Source: Candidatus Omnitrophota bacterium (GTDB lineage Bacteria; Omnitrophota; Gorgyraeia; JABMRG01; JAFGKX01). From it: a DNA stretch of 64,000 bases. Location of the stretch: assembly GCA_043797125.1 (NCBI GenBank), contig JAZDPX010000032.1:10425-74424 (forward strand). Reading direction: 5' to 3'. Below the pieces are notes generated by a model that did not search any database, was not told the DNA's origin, and saw only the letters and a list, made by a program, of their open reading frames with translations. Position numbers and translations under genes: made by a program. Positions 21,301 to 30,247 of this stretch are shown here, one piece after another (the first letter of the stretch is position 1; each line of letters starts with the position of its first letter).

Positions 21301-24300
21301 TGGCATTCGGCGGCTGGATGATTCCCCAAAACGCAATTTTAGAAATCGAAGCGGAGCTTAAGCAATTGCGCAAGGCGCTTAAATCTACGCCGGCTGATTC
21401 AAAAGATGCGTCTTTGGCCTTAGAAGGGCAAATAAACCTGCTTAAGGAATTAAAACAGATAGTGCTTGAGATTATGAAAAAGCAAGGTATAGCTATACCG
21501 GCGCCAAGGATACCGACCGAGCAAGAGATGGCCATATATCTGCAGCTTAAAAAGGTAAAAGCTGTTACAGACGCTCAAGCGCAGTATGCCGGAGCTTATA
21601 TTCCAATAATTGATATGGTAAGACAATTTTATAAAAAGGCAGAAAAGACAGTAATAGATAAAAAGAAAGGGATAGAAGCGCTTGCTAAATATAAAAGTGT
21701 TTCATACAAAGACGTAGACAGCATAGAAGATGATAGCGTAGTTATATTCTGCAATCCGGAAAAAGATATGTTTACGGCGAGATTATGGTCATTCGCTTCG
21801 TACAAGAACGACTATTATAAAGATTATAAAGATTACACAATCTACATAATAGGCCATGCGGATGAGTTCGAGGCTGCGATAGCGGCGGAAGAGGCGAAAA
21901 AGCAGGCGAAAGAGGATGCGAAAAAGACTGAAACTGATACAACAAAAACGAACAACTATAATGCTACTGAAAGTGGCCATGTTGATAATATGCCTGATTT
22001 AACGGGCTTTGGCCGTAACGTGCAGATGCCATACACGCCTTCAGAGGCGGAGATGAACCTGTATATTGCGGCTGTAAAGGTACAAAACGTTACTAATGTA
22101 AAGGGCGTTCAAGTTAAAAGAGGCGATGCCTTTGCAGAAGTATATAGTGACGAGGCCACCAGGTTAGAGGGCGAGGCAAAAAGCTTTGTTAAGAAACAAG
22201 ACCTCAAGAAATACAAGCGTATTTCATATAAGAACAGAAAAGAGATACCTGACGGATCATTGGTTCTATTACCTGCTAAAGATGCAGGAAGGGACGGATA
22301 CAGGGTGACTATATGGTCTGCAAAGAAATACAATAAGGGGGTTTACTCTGGGGAGTTGTATAAATACTTCACCTCCTCCACCGCTTATATAATAGGCCAC
22401 AGAGATGACTTTGAAGTTCTCATAACGGAGTCGCCAAAAAAATATGCTGAGTTATTAACTATGCAGTCTGGATGGGGTGACAAGTGGACCGAGTATTACC
22501 ATATAGTAGCTATAGATAAAGCAATCGAGGACTATACAAAAGAGTTGAATACAAGGGAACGCGACTTGTTAACACCGGAAGGCATATACGAAGAGTATTG
22601 CAAGGTATTAGACGGGGCAGACAGCGCAGAGTTATACAAGATGGCATGGGAATTCGCGTTACGGAAAGATTTTAAGAGCTTATCAACAATATCTGATATA
22701 AAGCAAGTAGCGCCCGGGGACATAATTATTATTACCGATACCAATCCAAAACAGAAAAGTGTCATTAATGTAATTGTGTATGACCCGCAAGAGCATGACT
22801 TAATTGTATCTGCCGCGATTTCCGATTTTAAGAAAGCCGAGGTGCGCTACATAGGCAATAAAAATATGTTTGAAGATAAAATATCTGTAACAGCAAAAGA
22901 CGTATTAAAAGTATATCTGGAGTTTAATAAAAGCGTGACTAACAATGATAAGTTTTTTAAAACCCACGGCATCAGGAGTACAATTGTTGAAAAGTTTGTG
23001 CGTTCCGGCAATTTTAAAAAGCTGCCTGTTGTCAAAAATCAAGACTATCTGCACTCGGGGTCGCTGTTTATTGCCGCTAAAACACAATGGGATAAGCAAT
23101 TAAGCGGGGATGTTCGCCTTATATTTGTAAGCGCTGGCAAGAGACATGCAATAGAGTATGGAGACTGGTGGAGCGCTGACGGGTCAAAAATCAGCGAGTA
23201 TGAACTCCGCTGCATAGGGCCTATCGCGTTAATAAAGAATGAGTTGGGTGAAAAGGCTGTTTCTAAGTTGAAAGACGAGATCGGCTACATAAAAGTTGAG
23301 TTAAAGAGACGGGAAAAACTAAAGAAAGAGATGACGGGAAAAAAGACGACTGTTTCTTCCGAGAAATCCCTTACCTGGCAAATTCCAAAAATTACTCCGA
23401 AAGATATACAAACTGTGTATGATGAGTACGTCAAAAAATATGATAGATGGTACCCATGGTCTATAGACCCGAAACGCCCGGATAATATTCCCGGATATGG
23501 GCTATTTTTAGAAGAAAAGGATATTCGCCCCCTAATAAATCCAAAGGGCATATGGGCGCTACGCAAAGTTATAGATAAAATAGCGGAAGAGGCTAAGATA
23601 GAAGGGAAAAAAATTGACTTAACAACGCACCCTGACGACCGCTTGTATCACAACAAGCTAGTCGAAATATGCCGGTGGACGCGTGTCGATTTAGGTAATG
23701 CGCTGGATATGATGCTTAAGGAACCAAACCGTCTGGGCTATGTGCTTACAAGCAAAGAAGACGCAATATCAAATTGCTTATATATTTCCAGTCTTACTGC
23801 TTATGAGTCTCTCGACAGCGAACAACAGAAGCGTTACAGAGATGGACTAGGGGGATGGCGCAATAAAACATTGCATCAACTAGCTGATGAGCGTATTGCC
23901 ACAGGAGAGGAAATTGCCAGTATGGACCTAACGCAATTCAAGAAGTATAAGTTCCGTCAAATACTGGTACAAACAGAGGATAAAAAGACGAAAGAAAAGA
24001 CGCAAGGACCCAATTACGACGTTACCGAACTTGCAAAAGGAAAAGTTGATGAGTTTACACCAGGAGAAGGTGCCATTCCTGGTGTTATGGTTGGCGCAAA
24101 TAATGCCCTCCAGACGGCCTTAGATATTATTAATACACCATCTTCCACCACGGACGAGAAGCAAATTGAAGAGTATGCAAAATCATTAGATAAGGCTGAA
24201 GAATCGCTTGACAAGGCAATAAATGCAACAAATTTGAAGGATGATTTTAGCGGTTTTAAGGCAATTGCTGCAGAAGGCACAGGCCTGCCTACGGGCACCA

Positions 24301-24959
24301 TAGATGAAGCCAAGGAGCAGTGGCAATACAGCACGAACATTCTACACGCGGTAAAAGGAATAAGTGCTGCAACAAGAATAAGAGGCCTGGAAGACGCAAA
24401 TCAGGATATTATTAAGCCGTTTACCATGTTTATAGATAAAACAGCGCCTTACCAGAAGCAACTTGAATGGGCAAAAGAGCTGGGTGTGTTTGATGTTGCA
24501 AAAGAGAAGTTCGGATGCCAGACAATAGAATTCGATCCTGCAAAAGATAAGATAGACGAATTATTAAAGCAAGCAAACGTCAGCAAAGACATGGCAATGT
24601 TTATCTCGCAGCCTAAATATAAAGAAAAACTTGAAAGAGCTGAAATTAAATCCATAATTATAGACAAATTCGAGCAGGGTATGTTCATAGATTTTATGAC
24701 CCTGGCAGGTTTTTCAAAGGTAATGCTCTATCTGGCCAAATATGGTGAGAATCAGGAATATAAGGACATTAAATCCAATTTATGGAATCTTGCCCAGCTG
24801 TTGTATAGGTCCTTAACTGGCGAGAGTGCGGTGCTTGAAAAGGATAGTATAACCAGTTTTGCAATTAATTTACCCTTGCCTGAACCCAAGGCTTTACTAC
24901 CAGACGAGAAGTTGAGAGAGCTGATTAAGATATCCGCGGAAACAGCAGGCAAGGCGTAA
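18312..24959 (+). CDS. 2215-aa protein: signal peptide, divergent phosphoglycerate kinase, triosephosphate isomerase, repeated unknown domains
   Basis: PGK-like GRP, LENPRF, LGGKK, GGGVAYAF, DIG, GPMG, GGGET, SLGGGA; TPI-like AGNWK, GAQD, GHSE, CIGE, YEP, YGGS, GGAS. Confidence 0.8.
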   Translation: MSKLTQKFFTIIICLAFIGQSTNLGYLPSPNSSNTHTLRGMASQFEILQELEEEMANVMPKFYTAENTGPYMPYYQLDRSFLQGKVGFARLGCDTPMDKKKQKEMKDLVKEKKDMSLLLTDVSRIADPARIDSAIETLIHVIRNGGRVVLQPGWIGRPEGKIKAELSVVPVFLYIRDKLVKAGVIKEDEMILCPTDLEKRECKSNFQNVGVIREAIKTHLKDFRKDGESDKDYNKRKGKVKILCLENPRFDKEYDSFKYKDFKDSKIEEPAFIKMLKEEIAYVVYDDFNHQHRPPADISLLPEYVPSFVGKRLAEEIRMADILLEILNKRDRKPFALYLGGKKIETKPGKISKVTVALELIRNDMMRKDDRLLIGGGVAYAFLVAQKYIDRIITGFVDDPDKIISQEAVKKITRGEISDVIGDSYISDDPFDTEEGLKQAHERIYTFAQLLVEAAKRGIKVGLPIDHKVRNNKTGQIKECTGNIERGWYGIDIGSKTREMYNGARKGISAGLIAGPMGIADDPDLPEGTEGTDIVLNGLAEETRDNGAYTLSGGGETTFRAMEIKVLLSWLSLGGGALLEYIQKNRELHGLLALKRSAEKFAEGRVLAVSDAKSVEDTIQQIRPLYESLNKIRIAMPSNKIQYKIWALINYFRKKIATLTGAPWKIPITAGNWKENIGEEEDAKKLIKEMIYDLRFIEGVIPFICPTAAHLKIAAEAIKEMEDKGIIAKGKFTLGAQDVSAYGDKEMSPYYKDIREQSGRTHIKTIINAGKGYVKFIIVGHSETCRTPVGVGDEEGGAVPAGPAYDPLCDYDVNNKAKLTLKYGLTPDICIGESYAERNAEKLYPTADARKAFLLRRGITDDTGEPAWKQILRRQIQRRFLGPDPDGAITTKITKEDILQKGIYLSYEPIHFISFGNVNAVVDMKIVEEANRFITSEILKLYDNDKDIKDKIQTEVIKYGGSANETNGEEIISTIFTIGTIAGGASRTSARYLGLNVAFGGWMIPQNAILEIEAELKQLRKALKSTPADSKDASLALEGQINLLKELKQIVLEIMKKQGIAIPAPRIPTEQEMAIYLQLKKVKAVTDAQAQYAGAYIPIIDMVRQFYKKAEKTVIDKKKGIEALAKYKSVSYKDVDSIEDDSVVIFCNPEKDMFTARLWSFASYKNDYYKDYKDYTIYIIGHADEFEAAIAAEEAKKQAKEDAKKTETDTTKTNNYNATESGHVDNMPDLTGFGRNVQMPYTPSEAEMNLYIAAVKVQNVTNVKGVQVKRGDAFAEVYSDEATRLEGEAKSFVKKQDLKKYKRISYKNRKEIPDGSLVLLPAKDAGRDGYRVTIWSAKKYNKGVYSGELYKYFTSSTAYIIGHRDDFEVLITESPKKYAELLTMQSGWGDKWTEYYHIVAIDKAIEDYTKELNTRERDLLTPEGIYEEYCKVLDGADSAELYKMAWEFALRKDFKSLSTISDIKQVAPGDIIIITDTNPKQKSVINVIVYDPQEHDLIVSAAISDFKKAEVRYIGNKNMFEDKISVTAKDVLKVYLEFNKSVTNNDKFFKTHGIRSTIVEKFVRSGNFKKLPVVKNQDYLHSGSLFIAAKTQWDKQLSGDVRLIFVSAGKRHAIEYGDWWSADGSKISEYELRCIGPIALIKNELGEKAVSKLKDEIGYIKVELKRREKLKKEMTGKKTTVSSEKSLTWQIPKITPKDIQTVYDEYVKKYDRWYPWSIDPKRPDNIPGYGLFLEEKDIRPLINPKGIWALRKVIDKIAEEAKIEGKKIDLTTHPDDRLYHNKLVEICRWTRVDLGNALDMMLKEPNRLGYVLTSKEDAISNCLYISSLTAYESLDSEQQKRYRDGLGGWRNKTLHQLADERIATGEEIASMDLTQFKKYKFRQILVQTEDKKTKEKTQGPNYDVTELAKGKVDEFTPGEGAIPGVMVGANNALQTALDIINTPSSTTDEKQIEEYAKSLDKAEESLDKAINATNLKDDFSGFKAIAAEGTGLPTGTIDEAKEQWQYSTNILHAVKGISAATRIRGLEDANQDIIKPFTMFIDKTAPYQKQLEWAKELGVFDVAKEKFGCQTIEFDPAKDKIDELLKQANVSKDMAMFISQPKYKEKLERAEIKSIIIDKFEQGMFIDFMTLAGFSKVMLYLAKYGENQEYKDIKSNLWNLAQLLYRSLTGESAVLEKDSITSFAINLPLPEPKALLPDEKLRELIKISAETAGKA

Positions 24960-24965
24960 GCCGGC

Positions 24966-25064
24966 GTAGGGCAAATGTAGGGGCGCCATTTATGGCGCCC
25001 TGATGTAGGGGGGGCTTGATTTATCAAGCCCACAAAAATAGGGTTCGATAAATCGAACCCCTAC
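24966..25064. repeat. GTAG-type REP cluster
   Basis: gtaggggcgccatttatggcgccc, gtagg..gggcttgatttatcaagccc, and an inverted gggttcgataaatcgaacccctac. Confidence 0.8.
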
Positions 25065-25091
25065 TGCTATTAAGCAAAATAAGGGGATTTC

Positions 25092-27815
25092 ATGCCGAGT
25101 TTACCTAAAAAAGCAGTAACTGTCCTTATTGCCGCTATTTTCATCGCGCAAAGCGCAAATCTGAATTACCTTTCCGCTCAAACCCAATTAAACACGAACG
25201 CATTGCGGGCCATGTCCATGGCTATTGAGCTTGATCCAAACAAGGCTATTATAGAAAAAGTAAAAGAATACTACGCTGAAAAAGGCATAAATGCCGATGA
25301 TTATTATGTTCCGCCCATAGTAGGCAAAGATATATTTGGAAAAGAGCTGACCATAAATAAAGGCGATATAGTTATCCATGCTAACCATCGCGCAGACAGA
25401 GTTTTTGAAAGCTTATTTTCCCTTACAGATCCTGATTTTAATAAAGACAGCCAAAGGTTTGATACCCCTGATTTGGGCTTGCATGTCGTCGCCTTTGCTA
25501 ACCACGATTCAAAATATTTCGCTAAGCATGGCATAGAAGCTGCTTTTACCATCAACGAAGAAGACTACAGGCCTTCATACGATTCCTTGGTGGATGTCTT
25601 GTATGAAAATAATATCAAGCAGGGGTATTTTACAGAAACAGATAAGGGTAAACATGTAAGTTATTTTTTAGCAGGCCAGCGTAATCTTCCTTATGAGGAT
25701 ATGGGGATACACGTGGAAATCGTTGCTTCTCAATCAGTATCTGATAAGGAAAAAGACCCTAATATGCAGTATAAGGAAATAACATCAAACGCCATTAACT
25801 TTTTACAGAATAACAGCTCTGATGAGCCTGCTTTTATTTTGGTAAATTATCCTGTCGATATCCAAGGCCACAATATTAAATGTAATAAGCAAAGAGCTAT
25901 TGATACAATATCAGCCTGCGATAGGGAAGCTGAAAAACTATATAATGCGGTAAAAGAAATGGGCGGTGTATGGATAGATACATCCGACCACGGCAACGTT
26001 GAAGAGTTAGCTGTTTTGGATAAAAATGGCATGCCTGTAACGGATAAATACGGCAATATCCCTTATGACCAGCATACTGCTAATTCTGTTCATTGCATAA
26101 TAGACGGTTTAGGAAATGTTAATCTTAAAGATGGCAAGGGCCTGGCCAATATCGCCCCCACCGTCCTTGAAATTTTAGGAATTGATAAGCCGAAGGATAT
26201 GGAAGAAAGCCTGCTTAAAGATTATAAATACAAAAAGATAAAAGGCCCTGTTGTGGTTGTTGTGCGCGACGGCTGGGGTAAAAGCAAGTTTACTAACCCT
26301 GAGGCATTGGAATGGAATGGATTAGAACTGGCTAAACCCGCCTTTTTTAACCGGCTTAAAGAAACCGCCCCCATTACTTGGATTAAGGCGCACGGAAGCG
26401 CTGTTGGCCTGCCTGATTATCAGGAGGGCGATTCTGATAACGGCCATCGCACCATAGGGGCAGGAAAGATACTGCCGACATTATATAAATTAATTATAGA
26501 CCAAATAGAATCAGGCGATTTTTATAAAAACGAAGTTCTGCGCAATATCTTTAAAAAAGCCATAGAAGAAAAGCACGATATATGCGTGATGGGCCTTGAT
26601 TCCGACGGAGGAATACACTGCGATCATAAGTATTTTCTTGCTTTAATAGAAATGGCAAGGTGTTTTGACATTAAAAAGCATGGCATAAAGCTGAAGCTTT
26701 TTCCGATTTTAGACGGAAGAGACAGGATGACCAGAATATATGAACAAAGCGGAGCTTACTATCTTGAGGATTTAGACAGAAAGATAAAAGAAGCGGGTCT
26801 TGCAGGCGCTGCATATATAGCTCAAACTGTCGGAAGATATATGGCAATGGACAGAGACGCTGTAAACGCTGATAAGGAAAGAGAACGCCTTGAGCAGAAA
26901 TTATCCGATGCCTTAAAACCGGATGATCCCGCGAATAAAGCTGACAATATTGTGAAATTAGTATCAGGTATTACAGCATCTGTGACTAAGGAAATTGCAA
27001 AAACAGAAAAAGAGCTGGCCAAGGCAAAAGACGCGCCAAAACAGGCATTTTTTAACAGCATAATTAATTGTTTGAATGCCATTGGGCAGCTTAATGAGAA
27101 ATTTAATCTTGAAAACGCGAAAGGCAAAAATAGGAATAATGAGAAAATAATTGAATTAGGAAAGAAAATAGCTGAAAACAAAAGACAGGAGTGGCTTATC
27201 CGCGCTAGCGCATTATGGCAGGAGCGTTACAAGGTAGCTTACGATGCCTGGGTTTATGGGAGCAAAGCTCCTCAAATGAAGTTCATGGAAGCCGCCGCGC
27301 ACAAAGATGAGCCTTTGAGCGAGACGGTTGATTATTCAGAACCGCAGCCTGCAGATAAAAAGGGTGTATGTGTACAATACAGCTATGTTCTGCATTTAAG
27401 AAATAAGTTAAAAAAACATTTTGATACAACAACAACTTCAACTCTAACAGCTGCGGAACTAACATTAGAGGAAATAATAGTGGAATGTGTTAAAAATGAA
27501 GTATTTTATGCTTCAAACCCATTATTTATTAAAGATTCTGAATCTATAAAAGCTGATGGGGTTTATTTTTCAAGCCGTGCATTTAGGAGTAGAAAGTCAA
27601 TCACGGAACAAAATAAGCTCTGCAAGGATATATATATTCTTACGGGTGCGGGAATGGCCGATGTTGAGTCAGTAGCAAGATGGCAGTACCTGTTTGTAGG
27701 TAACCTGGATGAGAAAATATTAAAAAATGGATTCTCTGATAATCCAGGCGCAGAGAAAGTCTATCCTAATGATTCGCAGAAGCTGCTGGACATCGCAATT
27801 CTTGCGGCTGCGTAA
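25092..27815 (+). CDS. Signal-peptide-bearing, circularly permuted 2,3-BPG-independent phosphoglycerate mutase (GpmI-like)
   Basis: C-half motifs (NHRADR, ETDKxxHV, DIQGH, SDHGN, HT, NIAPT) come before N-half motifs (DGWG, VGLP..GDSDNGH..IGAG, SDGGIH, DGRD, GRYMAMDRD). Confidence 0.85.
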   Translation: MPSLPKKAVTVLIAAIFIAQSANLNYLSAQTQLNTNALRAMSMAIELDPNKAIIEKVKEYYAEKGINADDYYVPPIVGKDIFGKELTINKGDIVIHANHRADRVFESLFSLTDPDFNKDSQRFDTPDLGLHVVAFANHDSKYFAKHGIEAAFTINEEDYRPSYDSLVDVLYENNIKQGYFTETDKGKHVSYFLAGQRNLPYEDMGIHVEIVASQSVSDKEKDPNMQYKEITSNAINFLQNNSSDEPAFILVNYPVDIQGHNIKCNKQRAIDTISACDREAEKLYNAVKEMGGVWIDTSDHGNVEELAVLDKNGMPVTDKYGNIPYDQHTANSVHCIIDGLGNVNLKDGKGLANIAPTVLEILGIDKPKDMEESLLKDYKYKKIKGPVVVVVRDGWGKSKFTNPEALEWNGLELAKPAFFNRLKETAPITWIKAHGSAVGLPDYQEGDSDNGHRTIGAGKILPTLYKLIIDQIESGDFYKNEVLRNIFKKAIEEKHDICVMGLDSDGGIHCDHKYFLALIEMARCFDIKKHGIKLKLFPILDGRDRMTRIYEQSGAYYLEDLDRKIKEAGLAGAAYIAQTVGRYMAMDRDAVNADKERERLEQKLSDALKPDDPANKADNIVKLVSGITASVTKEIAKTEKELAKAKDAPKQAFFNSIINCLNAIGQLNEKFNLENAKGKNRNNEKIIELGKKIAENKRQEWLIRASALWQERYKVAYDAWVYGSKAPQMKFMEAAAHKDEPLSETVDYSEPQPADKKGVCVQYSYVLHLRNKLKKHFDTTTTSTLTAAELTLEEIIVECVKNEVFYASNPLFIKDSESIKADGVYFSSRAFRSRKSITEQNKLCKDIYILTGAGMADVESVARWQYLFVGNLDEKILKNGFSDNPGAEKVYPNDSQKLLDIAILAAA

Positions 27816-27825
27816 GAAGAGTGTA

Positions 27826-27861
27826 AAGCCGTAGCGGAGCCTTAAGGCTCCGCTACGGCTT
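27826..27861. repeat. 36-bp CTTAAG palindrome within an AAGTGTA-type heptamer tract
   Basis: aagccgtagcggagccttaaggctccgctacggctt, flanked by gagtgta and aagcgtt aagtgta. Confidence 0.9.
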
Positions 27862-27973
27862 GCCGGCTGGCAAGCGTTAAGTGTAAAGTAACAGCGTAGG
27901 ATATTTGATGTAAAGATAGCCGTAACTATTACAAATAACGTTGCGGCTATTTTAATATGAAGGATTTAATTTT

Positions 27974-29368
27974 GTGACTAAATTTTTTAGAAGGACAATC
28001 GCGGTTATTATTATCGCCGGCTTAGGCGCAGGCCAGGCGAGCGCCGACGCGCTCAGGCCTTCTGCCTTCGTGAATGGGCCTGAAAAAACAGCGCAAGAAC
28101 AGGCCTTCGAAAACCTTAAAAAGGCTTTTGATTTAAAAGGCGCGATAACCAAAGCTTTACTTGCCGAAGCGATAAATGAATTAGAGGATATATTTAATAG
28201 CCGCAGCCAAAGCGCGCGGGATACAATAGTAAACAATATTGCATATCCGTTTTTCGAAAGAGAAAAAGCCTCCCCCGGCAAAACCGCTTCGGAAACCCCG
28301 ATAAAGAAAGATCTGCTGGATAAAATTAAAGTTTTCGGGATAGATGTTATTCCTACGGGGGACGTTACTTTCATGTGGAAGGAGACAGCAAAAAATGGGC
28401 CTTTGGAATTAACAAACGTAATATATAATTCCGGCGGCGGCTCTGTGAACATAGCGAAGGTGTTCGCGAATTTTAATGAATATTTCGGCCTTATGTCTTT
28501 TGCGGGCAGAGGCAGATTCCATAAGAGATGGCGCCAAGATTTTGAAAGCGAGCACGTCATAAATTTCAGGTTTTTTACAGAGCAGCTTCACCGCAAGATA
28601 AATATTTATAATATTGTCAAGGGCGAAAAACTTCCTGTTCTATGCAGCAGGGGAAATACTATTCCAAGGGTTATAGTTAATGAGTTTTTAAAAATATTCG
28701 AAAAAAAGCTTAAAAAATGCAAAAATGTTAAATTTTTGACACTAAACGCCAGCTCAATGGTGGCGTTTGAAGACGCAGATGCGCTACGGGCATACAAAAA
28801 GATTATAGAAATCGCCCATAAGCATAAAAATAAAATCGAAGTTTTGATAGATTTTTCCTCGACCACAAAGCCGGATGTTATAAAAGCTGTTTTAGAATTA
28901 AATGAGCCAAGGAAGCGGCCTTGCGATATCATCACTCCGAGCCTTGAGCAGTTTATTAAGATATTGGAAAGCACAGGCTTGGCCAAAAAAAACGAGTTAT
29001 CCAGAGATACGCTGACCGACAAAAAAATAGCTACCTATGCCTGGCAGCTGATAAAGGACTATAACCTTTCAGCTGTCTTAATAAAGAGAGATAAGGACGG
29101 TTTGATATTGGTCAGGAACAATTATGAGTTTATGAGAGAAAAAGGGCTTGAGGTTGAAGTAGTATCTGAAATTGCTGCCGGAGACGCCGCTGCCGCCGGG
29201 CTTTTAATCGCTTTATCTGAAGGCAAAAGCTGGCAAGAAGCCATTAAGACGGCGGATTTATTTGGCGCCGCAACGGTTATTTTGCCCGCTACCGAGGTGG
29301 TTACCCCTGAAGCGCTTGATTTTGTCAAAAAAGAACAAATCCTGCAGAATATCTCCCAAGCGGCGTAA
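27974..29368 (+). CDS. Signal-peptide-bearing PfkB-family (1-phosphofructokinase-like) sugar kinase
   Basis: GGGSVNIAK, DIITPSLEQ and EIAAGDAAAAG motifs; GTG start; leader ...ASA|DALRPSA. Confidence 0.7.
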   Translation: MTKFFRRTIAVIIIAGLGAGQASADALRPSAFVNGPEKTAQEQAFENLKKAFDLKGAITKALLAEAINELEDIFNSRSQSARDTIVNNIAYPFFEREKASPGKTASETPIKKDLLDKIKVFGIDVIPTGDVTFMWKETAKNGPLELTNVIYNSGGGSVNIAKVFANFNEYFGLMSFAGRGRFHKRWRQDFESEHVINFRFFTEQLHRKINIYNIVKGEKLPVLCSRGNTIPRVIVNEFLKIFEKKLKKCKNVKFLTLNASSMVAFEDADALRAYKKIIEIAHKHKNKIEVLIDFSSTTKPDVIKAVLELNEPRKRPCDIITPSLEQFIKILESTGLAKKNELSRDTLTDKKIATYAWQLIKDYNLSAVLIKRDKDGLILVRNNYEFMREKGLEVEVVSEIAAGDAAAAGLLIALSEGKSWQEAIKTADLFGAATVILPATEVVTPEALDFVKKEQILQNISQAA

Positions 29369-29395
29369 ATATCTGTGAATCTCGCCAATTTTTAT

Positions 29396-29423
29396 TTGAC
29401 ATTATATAGTATTAGACTATAAT
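29396..29423 (+). promoter_or_regulatory. Consensus sigma-70 promoter
   Basis: TTGACA-N16-TATAAT; ATG 7 nt downstream. Confidence 0.75.
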
Positions 29424-29429
29424 GTGGCG

Positions 29430-29969
29430 ATGAATATGAAGGCCTTAGGCATAAACGCAAGCGCGAGGAAAAACGGAAACTGCGCTATCCTGCTCACCGA
29501 AGCGCTCAAAGGCGCAAAAGAGCAGGGCGCTGATACTGAAGTGGTGTTTTTGGATGAGCTTAAAATATCCGCATGGCGGGAAAAGCTGCCGAAAGACGAT
29601 ATGAACGCGCTTCTTGCAAAAATTAAAAGCGCGGATGCTATTATCCTGGCCTCGCCTATATATTTCGGCTCATTAAGCGCGCAGGCGAAGATTATGATAG
29701 ACCGCTGCCAGGGATTATGGGTGCAGAAGGAAATAAAGAAGCAGAAGATAAGACAGAATAAAGCACAAGCAGCATTTATATGCGCGCAAGCGGCTGATAA
29801 AAAAGAATTTTTCCAGAACGCGACGCAGATCGCAAAGAACTTTTTCGCTGTAATAGAGGCGGAATATAAGGAAGAGTTATTTTGCGTGGGGCTTGAGAAG
29901 GCGGGAGATGCCCACAAACACCCGGAATTTTTAAAAGCAGCGTATACCTTAGGAGGTAAAATCGTATGA
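29430..29969 (+). CDS. Flavodoxin-fold FMN protein (iron-sulfur flavoprotein / FMN reductase family)
   Basis: SARKNGN, DDM, ADAIILASPIYFG and KxMIDR motifs. Confidence 0.8.
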   Translation: MNMKALGINASARKNGNCAILLTEALKGAKEQGADTEVVFLDELKISAWREKLPKDDMNALLAKIKSADAIILASPIYFGSLSAQAKIMIDRCQGLWVQKEIKKQKIRQNKAQAAFICAQAADKKEFFQNATQIAKNFFAVIEAEYKEELFCVGLEKAGDAHKHPEFLKAAYTLGGKIV

Positions 29970-30199
29970 GCGAAGAAAAACCAAAAGAAGAAAAACCCAC
30001 AGCCCAAAGCTTAGAGCCCAAAGCTCAAAGCCCACAGCCCATCGTTGTTGGTGCCGGCCAAAAGAAGGTAAAAAAGATCAACAAGATGACTATGAAGGAA
30101 TTAGACAAGACCCTGGAAGATGTGCAGCAGAAGATGGGCAACCTGAAATCAAAATATGCCTTAGAGCTTCTTAAAAGAAAACGGGAACTTGCCGGATAG
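29966..30199 (+). CDS. Small basic hypothetical protein containing an in-frame heptamer array
   Basis: RBS AGGAGG, ATGA coupling; AGCCCAM-like array at 29994-30042. Confidence 0.6.
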   Translation: MSEEKPKEEKPTAQSLEPKAQSPQPIVVGAGQKKVKKINKMTMKELDKTLEDVQQKMGNLKSKYALELLKRKRELAG

Positions 30200-30203
30200 G
30201 TTT

Positions 30204-30229
30204 TGGATTCCCGCTTTCGCGGGAATGAC
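30204..30229. repeat. ATTCCC-N8-GGGAAT (dRS3-like) palindromic repeat
   Basis: tggattcccgctttcgcgggaatgac; inverted relative at 49768-49792. Confidence 0.75.
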
Positions 30230-30247
30230 AAAGAGGAGGCAAATAAT

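Noticed and set aside
30203-30247. N-terminal extension MDSRFRGND... on the ferredoxin
   Set aside because: It is the translation of a palindromic repeat; a strong RBS supports ATG 30248.
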